Source: the human T2T-CHM13v2.0 reference genome, Homo sapiens. Taken from it: a DNA stretch of 64,000 nt. Under the pieces are notes generated by a model that was not told the origin of the DNA, made no database searches, and worked only from the letters and a program-made list of their open reading frames with translations. Positions 1 through 15,535 of the stretch are shown here, piece by piece. Each line of letters opens with the position of its first letter. Position 1 is the stretch's first letter. The stretch lies in assembly GCF_009914755.1 (NCBI RefSeq), contig NC_060926.1; one strand, given 5' to 3'. The position numbers were made by a program, and so were the translations under genes.

Positions 1-220
1 TGGGGAGGAGGGGGTCCGTGATGCAGAACCTCTCCAGGCAGTTTCAGGAGTCCGTTTGTGAGGGGCCACTATGGGAGGCATATTTTGACTACGGTAGTTG
101 CATGGTCTCTGACTCTGAAGACCCAAGAGGGCCTGAGGGTAGAGAGTAGAGAGACCAGAAAAGAAGATACTGGACTCTCTTTAGGGTCCTCCCAAGCGTA
201 TTGGATTAAGAAAAAGTGTG

Positions 221-1090
<870 letters not shown>

Positions 1091-1578
1091 CTCTGAATCC
1101 ACAAAGTGACCTTGAGGCAGAACTGTAGGTGTGTAGGGAGGCTTCCAAGATCCCGTGCTAGGACCTCACCTGAGGTAATTACAGGGATCCTCATCTCTGG
1201 GGAGGGAGACTTGCTGGGTAAAGAAGGAGCCACAGGCCAAGAGACCCACCTATCTGCTAAATTGCAGGGAGGGGAGAAAAAAGAACCTGGTTACTTCCTC
1301 AGGTGATAAAGCTGGCCCCACGCCCCACTTCATTGTTTAGACTTCTTCCCAAAGGAAAAAACCCCCTCTGTCCCATGAGTATGTGGCAAAAAAAGTGGAC
1401 CTTGGTTTTTCTCCTTCTGAAAGAGGAAAAAGGAAAAGGCCACATGGCCAAGCTGGCCAGCATCTGGTTCTGCCCACCTCCTTCCCATTGCCCATTGGGC
1501 TTGAGTTGGGCTCCGGGTGGTGGCAGATGTCCCCCCCAGTGGTGGCTGCTGTCCTCATGGACCTAGGCAACCTACTGA

Positions 1579-1892
<314 letters not shown>

Positions 1893-3158
1893 AGGAAGTG
1901 TGTGCTTTAAAAAGCTTCTGTTCTCTGAAGTTCCATGGGAATGACACTGAAAAGCAAAGCCAAGTTCACCAACCCTTAAAAAAAATAACAAAGCTGCAAG
2001 AACAAGATTATGTGTTTTGGAGGCCTGATCCTGCTCACACGCAGGGCAGTCAGCACAAGACAGCTCCAGAAGACCCATTTCACTGGGGCCAGGGTCACGT
2101 GGGTGCAAAAGCTGCAGAAGAACAAGGAAGGATTGGCCACACACAATGACCTGCTCAAAGGGAAATAAGGAAGACTTGAGGCATTAGCCTTGGCAGGACT
2201 CAGCGTGAGTGGATCCAGTGCACTGAATTCTGTGCTTCCAGTGGTGCCCTATTCTCTCTTTGGAGACAGAGGTCAGCACAATGAGCAGAAAGGACAGACA
2301 GGTTTACTTGGTGGCAACAAAACAACCATTCTTCTTCCCTGGACTTGGAGACATTCTGAGAAGATTAGGAAATATTCCTGAGAAGGAATGCCAATGGGAG
2401 TGATTGGACTTCATTTGTTCCTTACTCTAGAAGACTGCACTAATTGAAAGACCGCCTTGTGCCAAGTGATGTGCTTGGTACTCAGGATACAATAGCTGGA
2501 GCACCCAGACTCCAGAACCTGCCTTGTAAAGCTTACTCTCTGCAATGGAGGTGGCCGGCAATCATGTCTGCCCCTCCAGTCTGGGAATTCTAAAGGGAGA
2601 AGCTCTTGATCCTCCAGCAACACAGCTTTGGGCAAGACAGTTAACACTCTAAGAAGCTGGTAGAACAACTCAAGGCTTTCTTATTCCAACAGGTCAAAGA
2701 GGCAGAAGCACAAAGAGATGACAGTTTCAAGTTGTGGAAAAGTGCTGGTAACTCCAGGTTGGGTGCAGACCCTGAGACCAGTAAGGGGCCAGAAAAGAGA
2801 AAAGGGGCAGCGTCTTTGCCTCTGGGTGGCCACAGCTTTCGTGTCTTCAATAAGCGATATGACCAGTTGGATGTGCTCCTAGATCCCTTTCGGTTTTACA
2901 ACTCTAGATGAACTCACGAATGATAGATCCATAATCAGGAGTTAAGGGGAAAGTAGGGACCCCTGGATAAATTTCAGAAATTTTCAGCTCATCCAACAAA
3001 GTCATTAATGTCCCCGCACAGAAATCATCATCAGGCTACTGGGTCTCACCTCCTGGGGCCCCCACTTCTGGAGCTGGTCTTTTCCATTAAGAAAACCAAA
3101 GGTGTCAGGGTCAGAAGGTGGTATTGCAAGATCCAAGAACTCCACTAGGTGCTGTTTG

Positions 3159-3779
3159 TGAAGCAGCATCATTGTCTGGGGTAAATACCAGGGGTTTGTT
3201 GTCTCACGCCAAGAAGATTAAGGATACGAACACATGTGGGTGGGTTAAGGAGCAGAACATTTAATAGGCAGAAGAAAGGAGAGAGAGAGAGCAGCTCTCT
3301 CTTGTGAGAAAGAGGTATCTGAAAGGGAAAAGCCAGCCCACAGTGGACTGCAGGCTTGAGGAGGCGGTGTCTGATTTACATAAGGCCCCCAGATTGGTTT
3401 GACCAGGTGTGACGTTTACCTGGGGAGGGAAGGCTGGTTGCCCCACCCTAATCTTATTATGTAAGTGGAACTGCCACTTGGACAGTGCCATCTTGTCTGC
3501 TCCTTACTATACACATGGCTGGAAAAGAGAAGAGAAGGTAGAGCCACCATTTTGATCATGCCTAGGCACAGGTAGCCTTTTTCTATTGGCCCAACTGCCA
3601 GCATTCACCCATGCAAGCTTCTAGCTTGCTTGTCTATGTCTGCAGCTCGATTTTACAGGCTGCTATTTGTTAGAAAATAAAATGATTTGGGGGCTGCTTT
3701 TCACTAAAAGGAAAACCTTACTGAGGACTTCTGTACCCTCACTATCTGCTTAAGTACTTTCTTATTAACTCCTATATCA
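3159..3779 (-). mobile_element. ERV1-class solo LTR (LTR9-like)
   Basis: TG...CA termini on the minus strand (tgatataggagttaataagaaag...gctgcttca), 621 bp, 4-bp TSD tttg/cttg. Confidence 0.8.
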
Positions 3780-5039
3780 CTTGGGCACTCTGGAAGTTTC
3801 ACAGCTGAACTAAATGAATCTAGGGCTGTCGCCTTGCCTGTTGCCTGCCACACAGAGCACGGAAACATTGGCACTAAGGAAAGGCTCCCAAGGGCATGTC
3901 TGCTAGGGATCCTTAGCAGAGAAATTGCAGCTGAGCTCTGGACCTCCTGACGCCCAGGCCTGTGACTTGCCAAGCTGGGTAAAATTGCTGTTTGCAGTGA
4001 GATCAAAGGAGAATCTGCAACCTTATGACTGAAAAGTCAACCTCAGGGTTAACCCGTTGAAGGCGTGCTTTCAGCAAGGGGACGATTTTCTCGGCCAACT
4101 TTAGATAAATGAAATCAGCCTAGAGGGAAACAAATCTTTCTGCCAAACTCCATTTGAAATAACAAAGAAGTCTTTTAAGACTATGAGAAAAGACAGAATA
4201 CCTTTAAAACATTTTAAATATAATACAGCTGGATAAGAAATGTTAAAAGCTAGAAAGGCTGCTCAAAAACAATAGGACAATTAGAAAGTTGTTTAAGTAA
4301 TTAGCATGCCAACCATGATGTTTTAAAATGCCCCTGGATCTCTTAGTTATCTGAATAAACTTAGAACCTAGCCTGAGTCCGATTTTCTTCCTGAGATCAA
4401 TACACAGCATCTTTCTAACCTAAAAGCAAATCACTTTACAAGTGCTCAGGAAATGACTGCTAAATGGGTTAAGTGTAACTCTTAGTTACACATCTGTTCC
4501 TCTGAGCTTAGAGTTCCTTGTACTTGAAAAAACAAAAAATTCTCCCTCCCTGACCAACCTATCATATAGCTAAGCTCTTAATATAATTTGCATTCGTCAA
4601 GCCTGTCAAAATAACTTCTAAAGCTTCCCCTGTCTGCCCTGAGGACTCCATCTGTAGTGCGACTGCCAGTTTCTGGTCTCCTGAAGTGGGTTTCATACCT
4701 TTTCCCACCTCACTACATGCCCAGTGAGATCCCAGAGAGTCAAGGTAGAGAAACCCAACCCTGTTATCCTTGCCACCTCAAATCTTTAGTTGACTGGGGA
4801 AAGGAGTGTGTGTCTACTTGCAAAGTAAATCCCTGTGACCCCAGGCAGACGACAGGATTTTATTTTTCTTGCTGATTAGAAAGCTGGATATTCAGAGTTG
4901 AGGGGCTCTATTACAGGATACCTTTCTTGGGAAGTTCAGCTACCAAAGAATGGAAAGGGAGGTTTCATTCTGAATATTCACTTCCAGATGTAATCATGCA
5001 CATGCTCCTTGTAAGTGTTCTGTTCGGACGCTCCACTCA

Positions 5040-6380
5040 GCACACACACTCACACATATGTCACAAACACACTCCTACCCACCACACATACACACACAAA
5101 CTCCTACCCACTACACACACACATCCACACACACACACCCCTACCCAACACACATCCACATAAACACAGCCCTACCCAACACATAAACATCCACACACTC
5201 ACACCCCTACCCAACACACAAACATCCATAAACACACACCCCTACCCAACACACATCCACATAAGCACAGCCCTACCCAACACAAACATCCACACACATA
5301 TACCGCTACCCAACACACATCCACATAAACACAGCCCTACCCAACACACAAACACCCATACACACACATCCCTACCCAACACATAGCCACATAAACACAG
5401 CCCTACCCAACACACAAACATCCACACACTCACACCCCTACCTAACACACATACATCCATACATACTCCTACCCAACACACAAACACCCATACACACATG
5501 TCCCTACCCAACACACACCCACATAAACACAGCCCTACCCACCACACACACATCCATACACACACACCCCTACCCAACACACGGCCACATAAACACAGCC
5601 CTACCCAACACACAAACATCCACACACACACCGCCACCCAAAACACATACATCCGTACACACACACCCCTACCCAACACACATCCACATAAGCACAGCCT
5701 TACCTACCACACACACATCCACACACTCACACACCTACCCAACACACACTCACATCTACACAGAGCCCTACCTAACACACACACATCCACATATACACCT
5801 ACCCAACATGCATACATCTACACAGAGCCCTACTCAACACACACATCCATACACTCACACCCCTACCCAGCATGCACACATTCATACGCTCACACACCTA
5901 CCCAACACACACACATATCCACATAAATCCAGCTCTACCCAACAAACATCCATACACACACCCCTACCCAACACACACACACACACTCACACACAAACAC
6001 TCCTACTCACCACACACACATACACCCACACCCCTACCCAACACACACACACCCACACCCCTACCCAACACAAACACACATCCATACACACACCCCTACC
6101 CAACACAAACACACATCCATACACACACCCCTACCCAACACACACACACCGCTACCCAGCACACATACACTCACACCCCTACCAACACACATACATCCAT
6201 ACACTCAGACACCTACTGCACACACCCCTACCCAACACACATACACATATACACACACCTCTACTCAACACATACACACTAACTCATAAACACATTTTTA
6301 CACACTTGCACAGACACGCACACCTCTACTCACATAGCCTTTCTCACGCATACACACACACACTCACACACACACCTACC
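5040..6380. repeat. CA-rich minisatellite/VNTR built on a ccctacccaacacaca core
   Basis: Dozens of copies of ccctacccaacac spaced about 28-34 bp apart by CA/CATC/AAAC tracts. Confidence 0.95.
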
Positions 6381-7299
6381 TTTCTGCTCACAGCCCCACC
6401 TTGTTGTCCCATTAACCTAGCCATTTTTCTTATTGAGTCACACTTATGAATGGGATCTGCCCAGACTTCTTCAAGGCCGGGTGACCCAACTAACTGGTAG
6501 CTTAGCTGAGAAGTCACTCCCAGACCCTGGGAGCAAGTGTGCCTTTCGCCAATATTGGGATGATCTTCCCGTGACCCCACAGAAGCTCTACGTCATCTTA
6601 CAGTCTCTTCCTTATTCCCTGGCCAGTCACCACATTCTGCTCCTGCTTCCTTTGCAAGCTCTTCAGAACTCATCTGGCATTTCCCTGGCTAACACCCCAA
6701 CCTGAGTCCAGCTTCCTATTTAAATGGAATCTTAGTGGGTCTCCCTGCCTCTAGCTTCTGTTCGCTGAAATCTACCCTGTGCTGTGCTACCAGATGGGGT
6801 TTCTTAAGTTATCACTTTTTTTGTTACCCCTCACCCAGCTATTGATGGCTCCCACTTACCTGCAGCTGATGAGTAATTTTGTGGGTCCGTCTAGCACTCG
6901 AGGGCTCCACAAAGGAGCCCTCTGTCTCTGCAGAGGCACTGTGCCGGGTGAAATGAGGCCAAGGTTTCCAGATCAAGCTGAGCTGGGGTTTTTCCCAGTT
7001 TTGCCACTCACTGATGGGTAACTTGAGGTCAGTTACCTGACCCTCTGAGCCTCAGGTGTCTCATTTATAAAATAAAAACAACTGCTATTTATTGAGTGCC
7101 TCCTGTCTGCCAGACACTGGGCCAAGCCCCTGTGAAGAACTGACCCAGCCGAGTTGCCCATTCAGAGTGTGTTTCAATGCTAGCCATTGTTTCAATGGAC
7201 ACAGGCAGGGGGCTTAGAGGTCATCCCAAGGTTACAGCAACAGCAGTTATCAGGCTGACTTCAGAAATGGTTTTCATTCGTAAGCAGGCCCAAAGGAGT

Positions 7300-7704
7300 T
7301 GAAATAGTTTGGATATTTGTCCCTGCGCAAATCTCATACTGAATTGTAATCCCCAGTGCTGGAGTGGGGGCCTGGTGGGAGGTGTTTTGATCATGGGGGT
7401 GGATCCCTCATGGCTTGGTGCTGTCTTAGTTACAGTGAATTCTCATGATATCTGCTCATTTTAAAGTGTGTAGCACCTCCCGTACACTCTCTTTCTCTTG
7501 CTCCTGCTTTCATCATGTGACATACCTGCACCCTCTTTGCCTTCCACCATGGCTGTATGTTTCCTGAGGCCTCCCCAGAAGCAGAGAAGATGCCAGCATC
7601 ATGCTTCCTGTACAGCCTGCAGAACCATAAGCCAATTAAACCTCTTTTCTTTATAAATGACCCAGTCTCAGGGACTTATAGCAATGCAAGAACCACCTAA
7701 TACA
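7300..7704 (+). mobile_element. MaLR solo LTR (MSTA-like)
   Basis: tgaaatagtttggatatttgt...cctaataca; perfect 5-bp TSD ggagt (7295-7299, 7705-7709). Confidence 0.9.
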
Positions 7705-7922
7705 GGAGTCCTGTGAGCTCTTTGTATAAGTTCAGGGAAATCCAGGCTCCCTGTTCCATGAAGAGTTTCCTGAAGGCAGATGTGACAGGGTCCCTGAGTG
7801 ACTGCATGGATTAAGGCTCCCCGTCAACCCATGTCAGATGTACTGCAAGTACAGAAGCAAACTTAGGTTGTGTTAAGCCTTTCGGATTTAGGGTCTTAAT
7901 TTTTACCAGATAGATGATCACC

Positions 7923-8336
7923 TAATATGGTTTGGATATTTGTCCCCTCCAAATCTCATGTTGAAATGTGATCCCCAGTGTCGGAGGAAGGGCCTATTGG
8001 GAGGTGTTTGAGTCATGGGGCCCGAACCCTCATGAATGGCTTGGTGTCATCCTTGAGGTAATGAGTGAGTTCCTGCTCTATGAGTCCACTTGAGATCTGG
8101 TTGTTTAAAAGTGTGCGGCATTTCCACTTCTCTCTCTTGCTCCTGCTCTTGCCATGTGACACGCTGGCACCCCCTTTGCCTTCTGCCATGATTAAAGACT
8201 TCCTGAGGTCCTCACCAGAAACAGATACCAGTGCCATGCTTGTACAGCCTGCAGAACTGTAAGCCAATTAAACCTCTTTTCATTATAAATTACCTAGCCT
8301 CAGGTGTCCTATTAGCAAGGCAAATGGACAAATACA
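7923..8336 (+). mobile_element. MaLR solo LTR (MSTA/MSTB-like), apparently inserted near the 3' end of an older MLT1-like LTR
   Basis: taatatggtttggatatttgtcccctcc...aaataca; TSD tcacc/tcatc; older LTR end cctaactaacaca follows. Confidence 0.85.
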
Positions 8337-9199
8337 TCATCTAATCCAACCTAACTAACACATTCCATACTGATAAGACAGATGAGAAAAGCAATAAGAG
8401 ATAAGTTCACAATTTTCATTTAGGACCACTTGCTATGGCAAGGACAACAATAAAATCTGGATTTTATGACAAGGTGCTATGTCCAGAACTGCCTTTCTGC
8501 TGAGAATGCCTGCATGGGGGTGTAGAGCAGGGAGTTGGTCACCAGGTAAAATTACTCTGAAGATGAACTTAAGGGGGACACTGAGGTATCCCCATGCATT
8601 GACAATGGCAGTGCCTACAAAAGTCACCAGCCTCTAGGTCCTCCATGCAATATAGGGTGACTGACAATTAGAAAGGAATAGTGTCAATCATGAAGGCCCC
8701 TGATGTTGAGTTCTCCTCTCTTGTTTTGTCCTATAGCTGCCTGCCTGTCCAACCCACCCACAGGTGGCCACAAACTTGGGATCATGGCCCAGGATGAGGC
8801 CTGTTTAGAAGAAGGTATTATTCTTCATGAGATCGTGGATCCAGACAATAATCAACAACAGATGCTAGAATACTTAAGCAAGGGATGAATGGGAAACTTG
8901 TTAGGTGGAGCAGGCTAACCGCATCTGAGCCCACTGGGCCAAACTAATGTCACCAAGCAAGGGGTGACCAGACATCATGTGTCTCTTCATGAGATGCAGT
9001 GTGAAATGCCCAGCACCACCCATGAGAATACTTGCCAGAAGAAATCAGCCAGAATCTAACTAAGCGTAGAGCTCTAACTACCAAGTTCCTGGAAATACAG
9101 GAGAAAGAGGAACATAGTAAAAGGCACCAGGAGGATACAATCAGCAGGACCCTGAATATGAGAAATTTTGAATAACTAAGATGAACATGAGTCTGTTTG

Positions 9200-9850
9200 A
9201 ACTATCAGATACCATAGGCTGGGTGGCTGAAACAACCGAAATTTACTTTCTTATAGTTCTGAAGGCTGGGAAGTCCAAGATCAAGGTGCCAACTGATTTG
9301 GTTTCTGATGAGGGCCCTCTTCCCAGCTTGCAGACAGCCACATTTTTGCTTTTCCTCACCTGGTGTCTCTTTATTTTATTTTTTTTTTTTGAGACAGAGT
9401 CTTGCTCTGTCGCCCAGGCTGGAGTGCAGTGGCGCGATCTCCACTCACTGCAAGCTCCACCTCCCGGGTTCACACCATTCCCTTGCCTCAGCCTCCTGAG
9501 TAGCTGGGACTAAAGGTGCCCGCTACCATGCCTGGCTAATTTTTTTTTTTTTGTATTTTTAGTAGAGACAGGATTTCACCATATTAGCCAGGATGGTCTT
9601 GATCTCCTGACCTCGTGATCCACCCGCCTCGGCCTCTCAAAGTGCTGGGATTACAGGCACGAGCCACCACGCCCGGCCAGTGTCACCTCTTAAAGTGACA
9701 CAAATCCTGTCTTATTAGAGCCCCATCCTTATAAGTTTATTTAACCTTAATTATCTCCTGTAGGTCCTATTGCCAAACACAGTCACATTAGGGGTTAGGG
9801 CTTCCATGTATGGATTTGGGAGCAGGGGGTACTCAGTTCAGTACATAGCA
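9200..9850 (-). mobile_element. MLT1A-like MaLR LTR interrupted by an Alu
   Basis: ggctgggaagtccaagatcaaggtgcc...aaacacagtcacattaggggttagggcttc...tacatagca. Confidence 0.75.
9370..9678 (-). mobile_element. AluY-like SINE
   Basis: Reverse Alu with cactgcaagctcc / caccattc AluY-type positions. Confidence 0.95.
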
Positions 9851-9952
9851 TGAGTCATGCAAGTGCCTCCTCACTAAACAAAGAACACCTGCATCAAGGG
9901 GACATGTTGTTGCTGCCACTTCCCACCCTAAACTTGAAAGATGCTGGCAGGA

Positions 9953-10047
9953 TAAGTCTCTTTCTCAGTGGGGACCAATCCCTGTTTAAGTCTCTTTCTC
10001 ATTGGGGACCAATCCCTGTTTAAGTCTCTCTCTCAGTGGGGGCCAAT
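9953..10047. repeat. 34-bp tandem triplication
   Basis: taagtctctttctcagtggggaccaatccctgtt starting at 9953, 9987 and 10021 (third copy partial). Confidence 0.95.
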
Positions 10048-10298
10048 GGTTGTGACTCCTGGGCATATTCCTATACCTCATTCATTTCAAGATGTTGACT
10101 GAACACTTCTTCTGTGCCAGACTCATGTCAGGAGCCTGAGGTGCCCCAGTGAGAAGATGTGGCAAAGAAGATACCTGCCTTCAAGGAGCTTACAGTCTAG
10201 CTTGTCAGGGAAGGTAGAAAACCTAGAGTTGATTGAAAGGAAAGAAGACAATTGCAATTAAAGGGAAGAGGACTACTATCTTCAGGAACATTTAAATA

Positions 10299-11327
10299 CA
10301 GCCATGTGTTGCTTAGCGACAGGGATACATTCTGAAAAATGTGTCCTTACATGATTTCATCATTGTGCAAACATCATACAGTGCACTCACACAAATGCAG
10401 ATGTATAACCTCCTGCCACCTGTATAGGGCACTTACCATGAATGGAGCTTGCAGGACTGGAAGTTGCTTTGGGTGAGCCAGTGGGTGAATGTGAAGGCCT
10501 AGGAAATCACTGTAGACTACTACAGACTTTATCAACACTGTCCACTTGGCCTATAAAAATTATTAAAAATTTATTTTTAAATACTTTTTTCTTCAATAAT
10601 AAATTAACTTTAGCTTATTGTAAATTTTTACTTTGTAAACTTTTTAATTTAACATCTTGACTCCTTTGTAATAACACTTACCTTAAAACACAAACACATT
10701 GTACAGCTATATAAATATATTCTTTATGTCTTAGTCTATCAGCTTTTTCCTATTTCTAATTTTTTTAATGTTTTAAACTTTTTTGTCAAAAACTAAGACA
10801 CAAACACACACATTAGCCTAGGCCTACACAGGGTCAGGGTCATCAATATCACTGTCTTCCACCTCCACATCTTGTCCCACTGGAAGGTCTTGAGGGACAG
10901 TAACACGCATGGAGCTGTCGTCTCCTATGATAGCAATGCCCTCTTCTAGAATCCTCCTGAAGGACCTGCCTGAGGCTGTTTTACGCGTAACTTGTTTTGG
11001 ATTAAGTAGAAGGAGTACACTCTCAAATAATGAGAAAAGTATAGTATGGTAAATACATAAACCAGTAACATAGTTGTTTATTATCATTATCAAGTATTAT
11101 GTACCATACATAATTGTATGTGTTAGACTTTTATACAACTGGCAGGCAGTAGGTGCGTTTACACCATCATCACCACAATTACATGAGTAGTGCCTCGTGC
11201 TACCATGTTCCAGCAGCTAGACACCACTAGGTGATAGAAATTTTTCAGATCCATTATAATCTTATGAGACCACCGTTTCATATGGGGTCTGTTGTTGACT
11301 GAAACATTGTTATGTGGCCCATGACTG
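10299..11327 (-). mobile_element. Tigger3b-like TcMar DNA transposon (non-autonomous)
   Basis: cagccatg...catgactg terminal inverted repeats, left TA flank, acidic remnant VGQDVEVEDSDIDDPDPV at the end of ORF 10824..11093. Confidence 0.9.
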
Positions 11328-11861
11328 CACAAACACAGAAAGGCTGAGTCTACATTCCTGTACTTCTGTATTTTAAGATTGCTTGAGACAGATTAGTCAA
11401 CATCTGTCAGTCTTCAATAATGCATTTCATGGAATGGAAAAGTTTATAGTCCACCAGAGTGGATCAGCAAAGTTAACACTAATAAGATTTTTTCTTTCTA
11501 GCCATTTCTAGACCAGTGGGTCTCTGTCCTTATTTCTGTTGTCTGTTTTCACAATATCACTACCAACCTCCATCACTTTTTTTTTTTTTTTTTTACATAA
11601 ACTCTGCTTTCCAGGCCCAGCTTCCCAAGTCACCTTCTGATTGATCGAAGTCATTGAGACCTTTATGGAGGAGGACAAACTCCAAGGAGGACCTTCAGGG
11701 AAATGTACTCAAGTCTGAGTCACTCAGAAATGGACCAGTGATGCTCGGGGTTCCCTGCTTTCCCTCTCTCTGCTGTCCCTAACACTTCCTGCTGTTACAG
11801 GAACCGGACAGTGGGTAGACCTGGGTCGTCCAGGGCCCACTGCTGGCCCGCCTGATATAAC

Positions 11862-12079
11862 CAGTAGTCCCCAACCTTTTTAGCACCTAGGACCAGTTTC
11901 ATGGAAGACAAATTTTACATAAACGGGGGAGGGGGATGGAGCGTGCAACCTAGATCCTGTGCGTGTGCAGTTCACAATAGGGTTTGAGCTCCTATGAGAA
12001 TCTAATGTCACTGCTGAGCTGAAAGGAGGCAGAGCTCAGGTCCCCTACCAGTCCATGGCCTGGGGCTTGAGGACCCCTG
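11862..12079 (+). mobile_element. MER1B-like hAT MITE, internally deleted
   Basis: cagtagtccccaaccttttt...gaggacccctg termini; gcagttcacaatagggtt core. Confidence 0.8.
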
Positions 12080-12626
12080 CTATAGGCCACTTAGAGCATC
12101 TGCCCAGAAAGCAGCCTTAGAGACTGTGCCAGCATGTTCATTTTTGATGAAACCTGGCCTGCCACGTTGCATGAGCTTAAAGGAACGTTACTGTAATTAC
12201 CTGGCCCTATACCTGGTTTCCAGGATCAGCAGCCAGAGAGGTCTTGCTGTTTGCTTTTGAGCTACTCACATGTGCTCACTTCCAGCTGCTGGATGAGCAG
12301 TGAAATCAAAATAGCTTCTGACAGTGATCATCCTTGCATGGGGGATCCCATGCTCAGGGTGAAGGCAGACATTCTTTTTTCTTACAGCGAAGAGCAAGGT
12401 TTACTGTCATTAATAGAAAACCATCTGTGCTACCTAATGAGGTTCTAAGGATTGGATTCTATGTCAAGGCTAAGGCAAAGTGGCAGTTGCTCCCTGCGTA
12501 GGTGATGTTAGGAGCCTCAACCTGTCAGCTGCTGCGAGAGGCCTGGCGTGGCAATAACGCAAAGGCAAACTCTTAAGGAGCACTGTAAGTACTACTGTAA
12601 ATCTTATCTCTATATTTCACTACTAG

Positions 12627-12992
12627 TGTTTTAGTTCAGGCTATGATAACAAAAATATCATAGGCTGGGTATATTTGTGGCTTAAACAACAAACATTTAC
12701 TCTCACAGTTCTGGAGGCGGGAAGTCCAAGATGGAGATGCGGGCTGGTTCAGTGTCTGGTGAGAATTCGCTTCCTGGTTCATAGATGGCGCCTCCAGGCT
12801 GTGTCCTCACATGGCAGAAGGGGCGAGAGAACTCTCTGTTCTCTTCTTATGAGAGCACGGATCCCATTCGTGAGGGACCCACTCTCCTGACCTAACCACC
12901 TCCCAAAAACCCCACCGCTCCATACCATCATGTTGGGTTTTAGGATTTCAACATAGAAATTGTGGGGGAACACAAACATTCAGTCCATGACA
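12627..12992 (-). mobile_element. MLT1A0/MSTD-like MaLR solo LTR, unusually CpG-rich
   Basis: ctcacagttctggaggcgggaagtccaagat...aaacattcagtccatgaca; flanks actag/accgg. Confidence 0.85.
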
Positions 12993-13124
12993 ACCGGATT
13001 CTGTCAAAGGATCCCCTCAGAATCTTCCCTGGGCTTCATGGTGGTGATGCTCAGCTGAGTGGATCTCAGCAAGCCACTGTATCTTCTGGAGAGACAGCTG
13101 TCCTTTGCTATTTTTCAATAGCTG

Positions 13125-13657
13125 GAGGTGGAAGGTGCCATTATTGGTCCAATTCTTCAGCCCCCTCTGTATTATATCGTTTCCCCGTGACTTTACCGTT
13201 TTTCCCACAAAAGGTCGAACATACTTCGCACTTATTCCCCTTCCTTTAACTTCCGCTATGGGACTAGCGTTGGCCAATAAATGAAAGCGGAAATGAAGGC
13301 GCACCTTTACAGGCTTTGCTGCTTCCACTCGTGCTCTCACTCTATGTGCCTGTGCCTGGCCACGCCGAGAGCTTCCCCCAGACAGCGCTGGCTCCTTTAC
13401 CAGGATCTCAGAGTAACCAGGAGCCCCGACCCCCTAGAGAAGCCACGTGCCGCTGAGGCTCAGAAGCAGATGGCCCAGCCAAACCAGCCCAGATCAGCCA
13501 CGTCCCAGCCAACCTGGAGGCTCCCGGGCTGAGGAACCGCTGACTGCTGCGTGTCCAACCCCGAGGCTCCTAGCTAAGAAACCACCCACTCCTGTAAGCT
13601 GCGCGATTCGTGGTTTCGTGTTACACAGTAGAATCGTGACCCTAGTCACCTGATGCA
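13125..13657 (+). mobile_element. Ancient MLT1H-like LTR with CpG-island-like composition
   Basis: gtgacttt...ttggccaataaatgaaagcggaaatga and 3' gttacacagtag...tgatgcaca resemble MLT1; about 26 CpG in 13141-13640. Confidence 0.6.
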
Positions 13658-14349
13658 CAGGCATCTTCTTTAACAATTTTTTGGGGAGTTGTCAACCTGA
13701 GTTGCAGTTAAGAGATGAGCGTTTATAATTTTTTTTGAAGCAAGGTATCAAAGATTTTTTTTTAAGGTTCCTTATAGCGCTAAAGGCACAAAGGAGACTT
13801 CGCTCTGTTTTCCAGGCATGTTGTTGTCTATTTATTAACAATCTCACGGCTCCCATCCCGCGATGGTTATTACAGAAAATATGTTCTACAGCTAGATACA
13901 CATTAAAGTTTGGTTAAAGATAAATTTGTTTAAAAATGAATAGATCAATACAATCAATTGATTTTTAAAAGTTCCCCCCCCCGACCTTTTTTTTTTTTTT
14001 TTTTTCATTTATCCACCAAAAAAAGAATGTACAGAGAGTCTCTTTGGCCAGGGACTATCTTAGGCTCTGGCACAGCAGGGAACCAAATCACACCCTGTCC
14101 TTGGGAGCGACATTCTGCAAGGGCTGAGCCACTCTTCGGCCAATTGTGCCCACTTTGTCTTTATGTCTTTGGTTAGATTAAAGGAAGAGCCACAGCCTGT
14201 GTTTGTAAAGTCACCCAAGCAGGGTAAATAGAATAGAAACAGATCATAAAATGGTGACAGCCTAGCTCAAATATCAATTAGGCTCCACCAGCAGAAAATG
14301 CAATTTTATATTTTCTAAAAATCAACTTAAACTTAGAAATTATCGTTAA

Positions 14350-15535
<1,186 letters not shown>

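Noticed and set aside
5015-6449. Long His/Thr/Pro-rich and Val/Cys-rich ORFs
   Set aside because: Translations of the CA-rich VNTR, which lacks stop codons by composition.
7300-8336. Two same-strand MST LTRs that look like a collapsed provirus
   Set aside because: Each has its own TSD (ggagt; tcacc/tcatc) and the spacer looks like older MLT1, so they are independent solo LTRs.
9953-10047. Short direct repeats as a CRISPR-like array (also 38325-38438)
   Set aside because: Units are contiguous with no unique spacers, and the context is primate with no cas genes.
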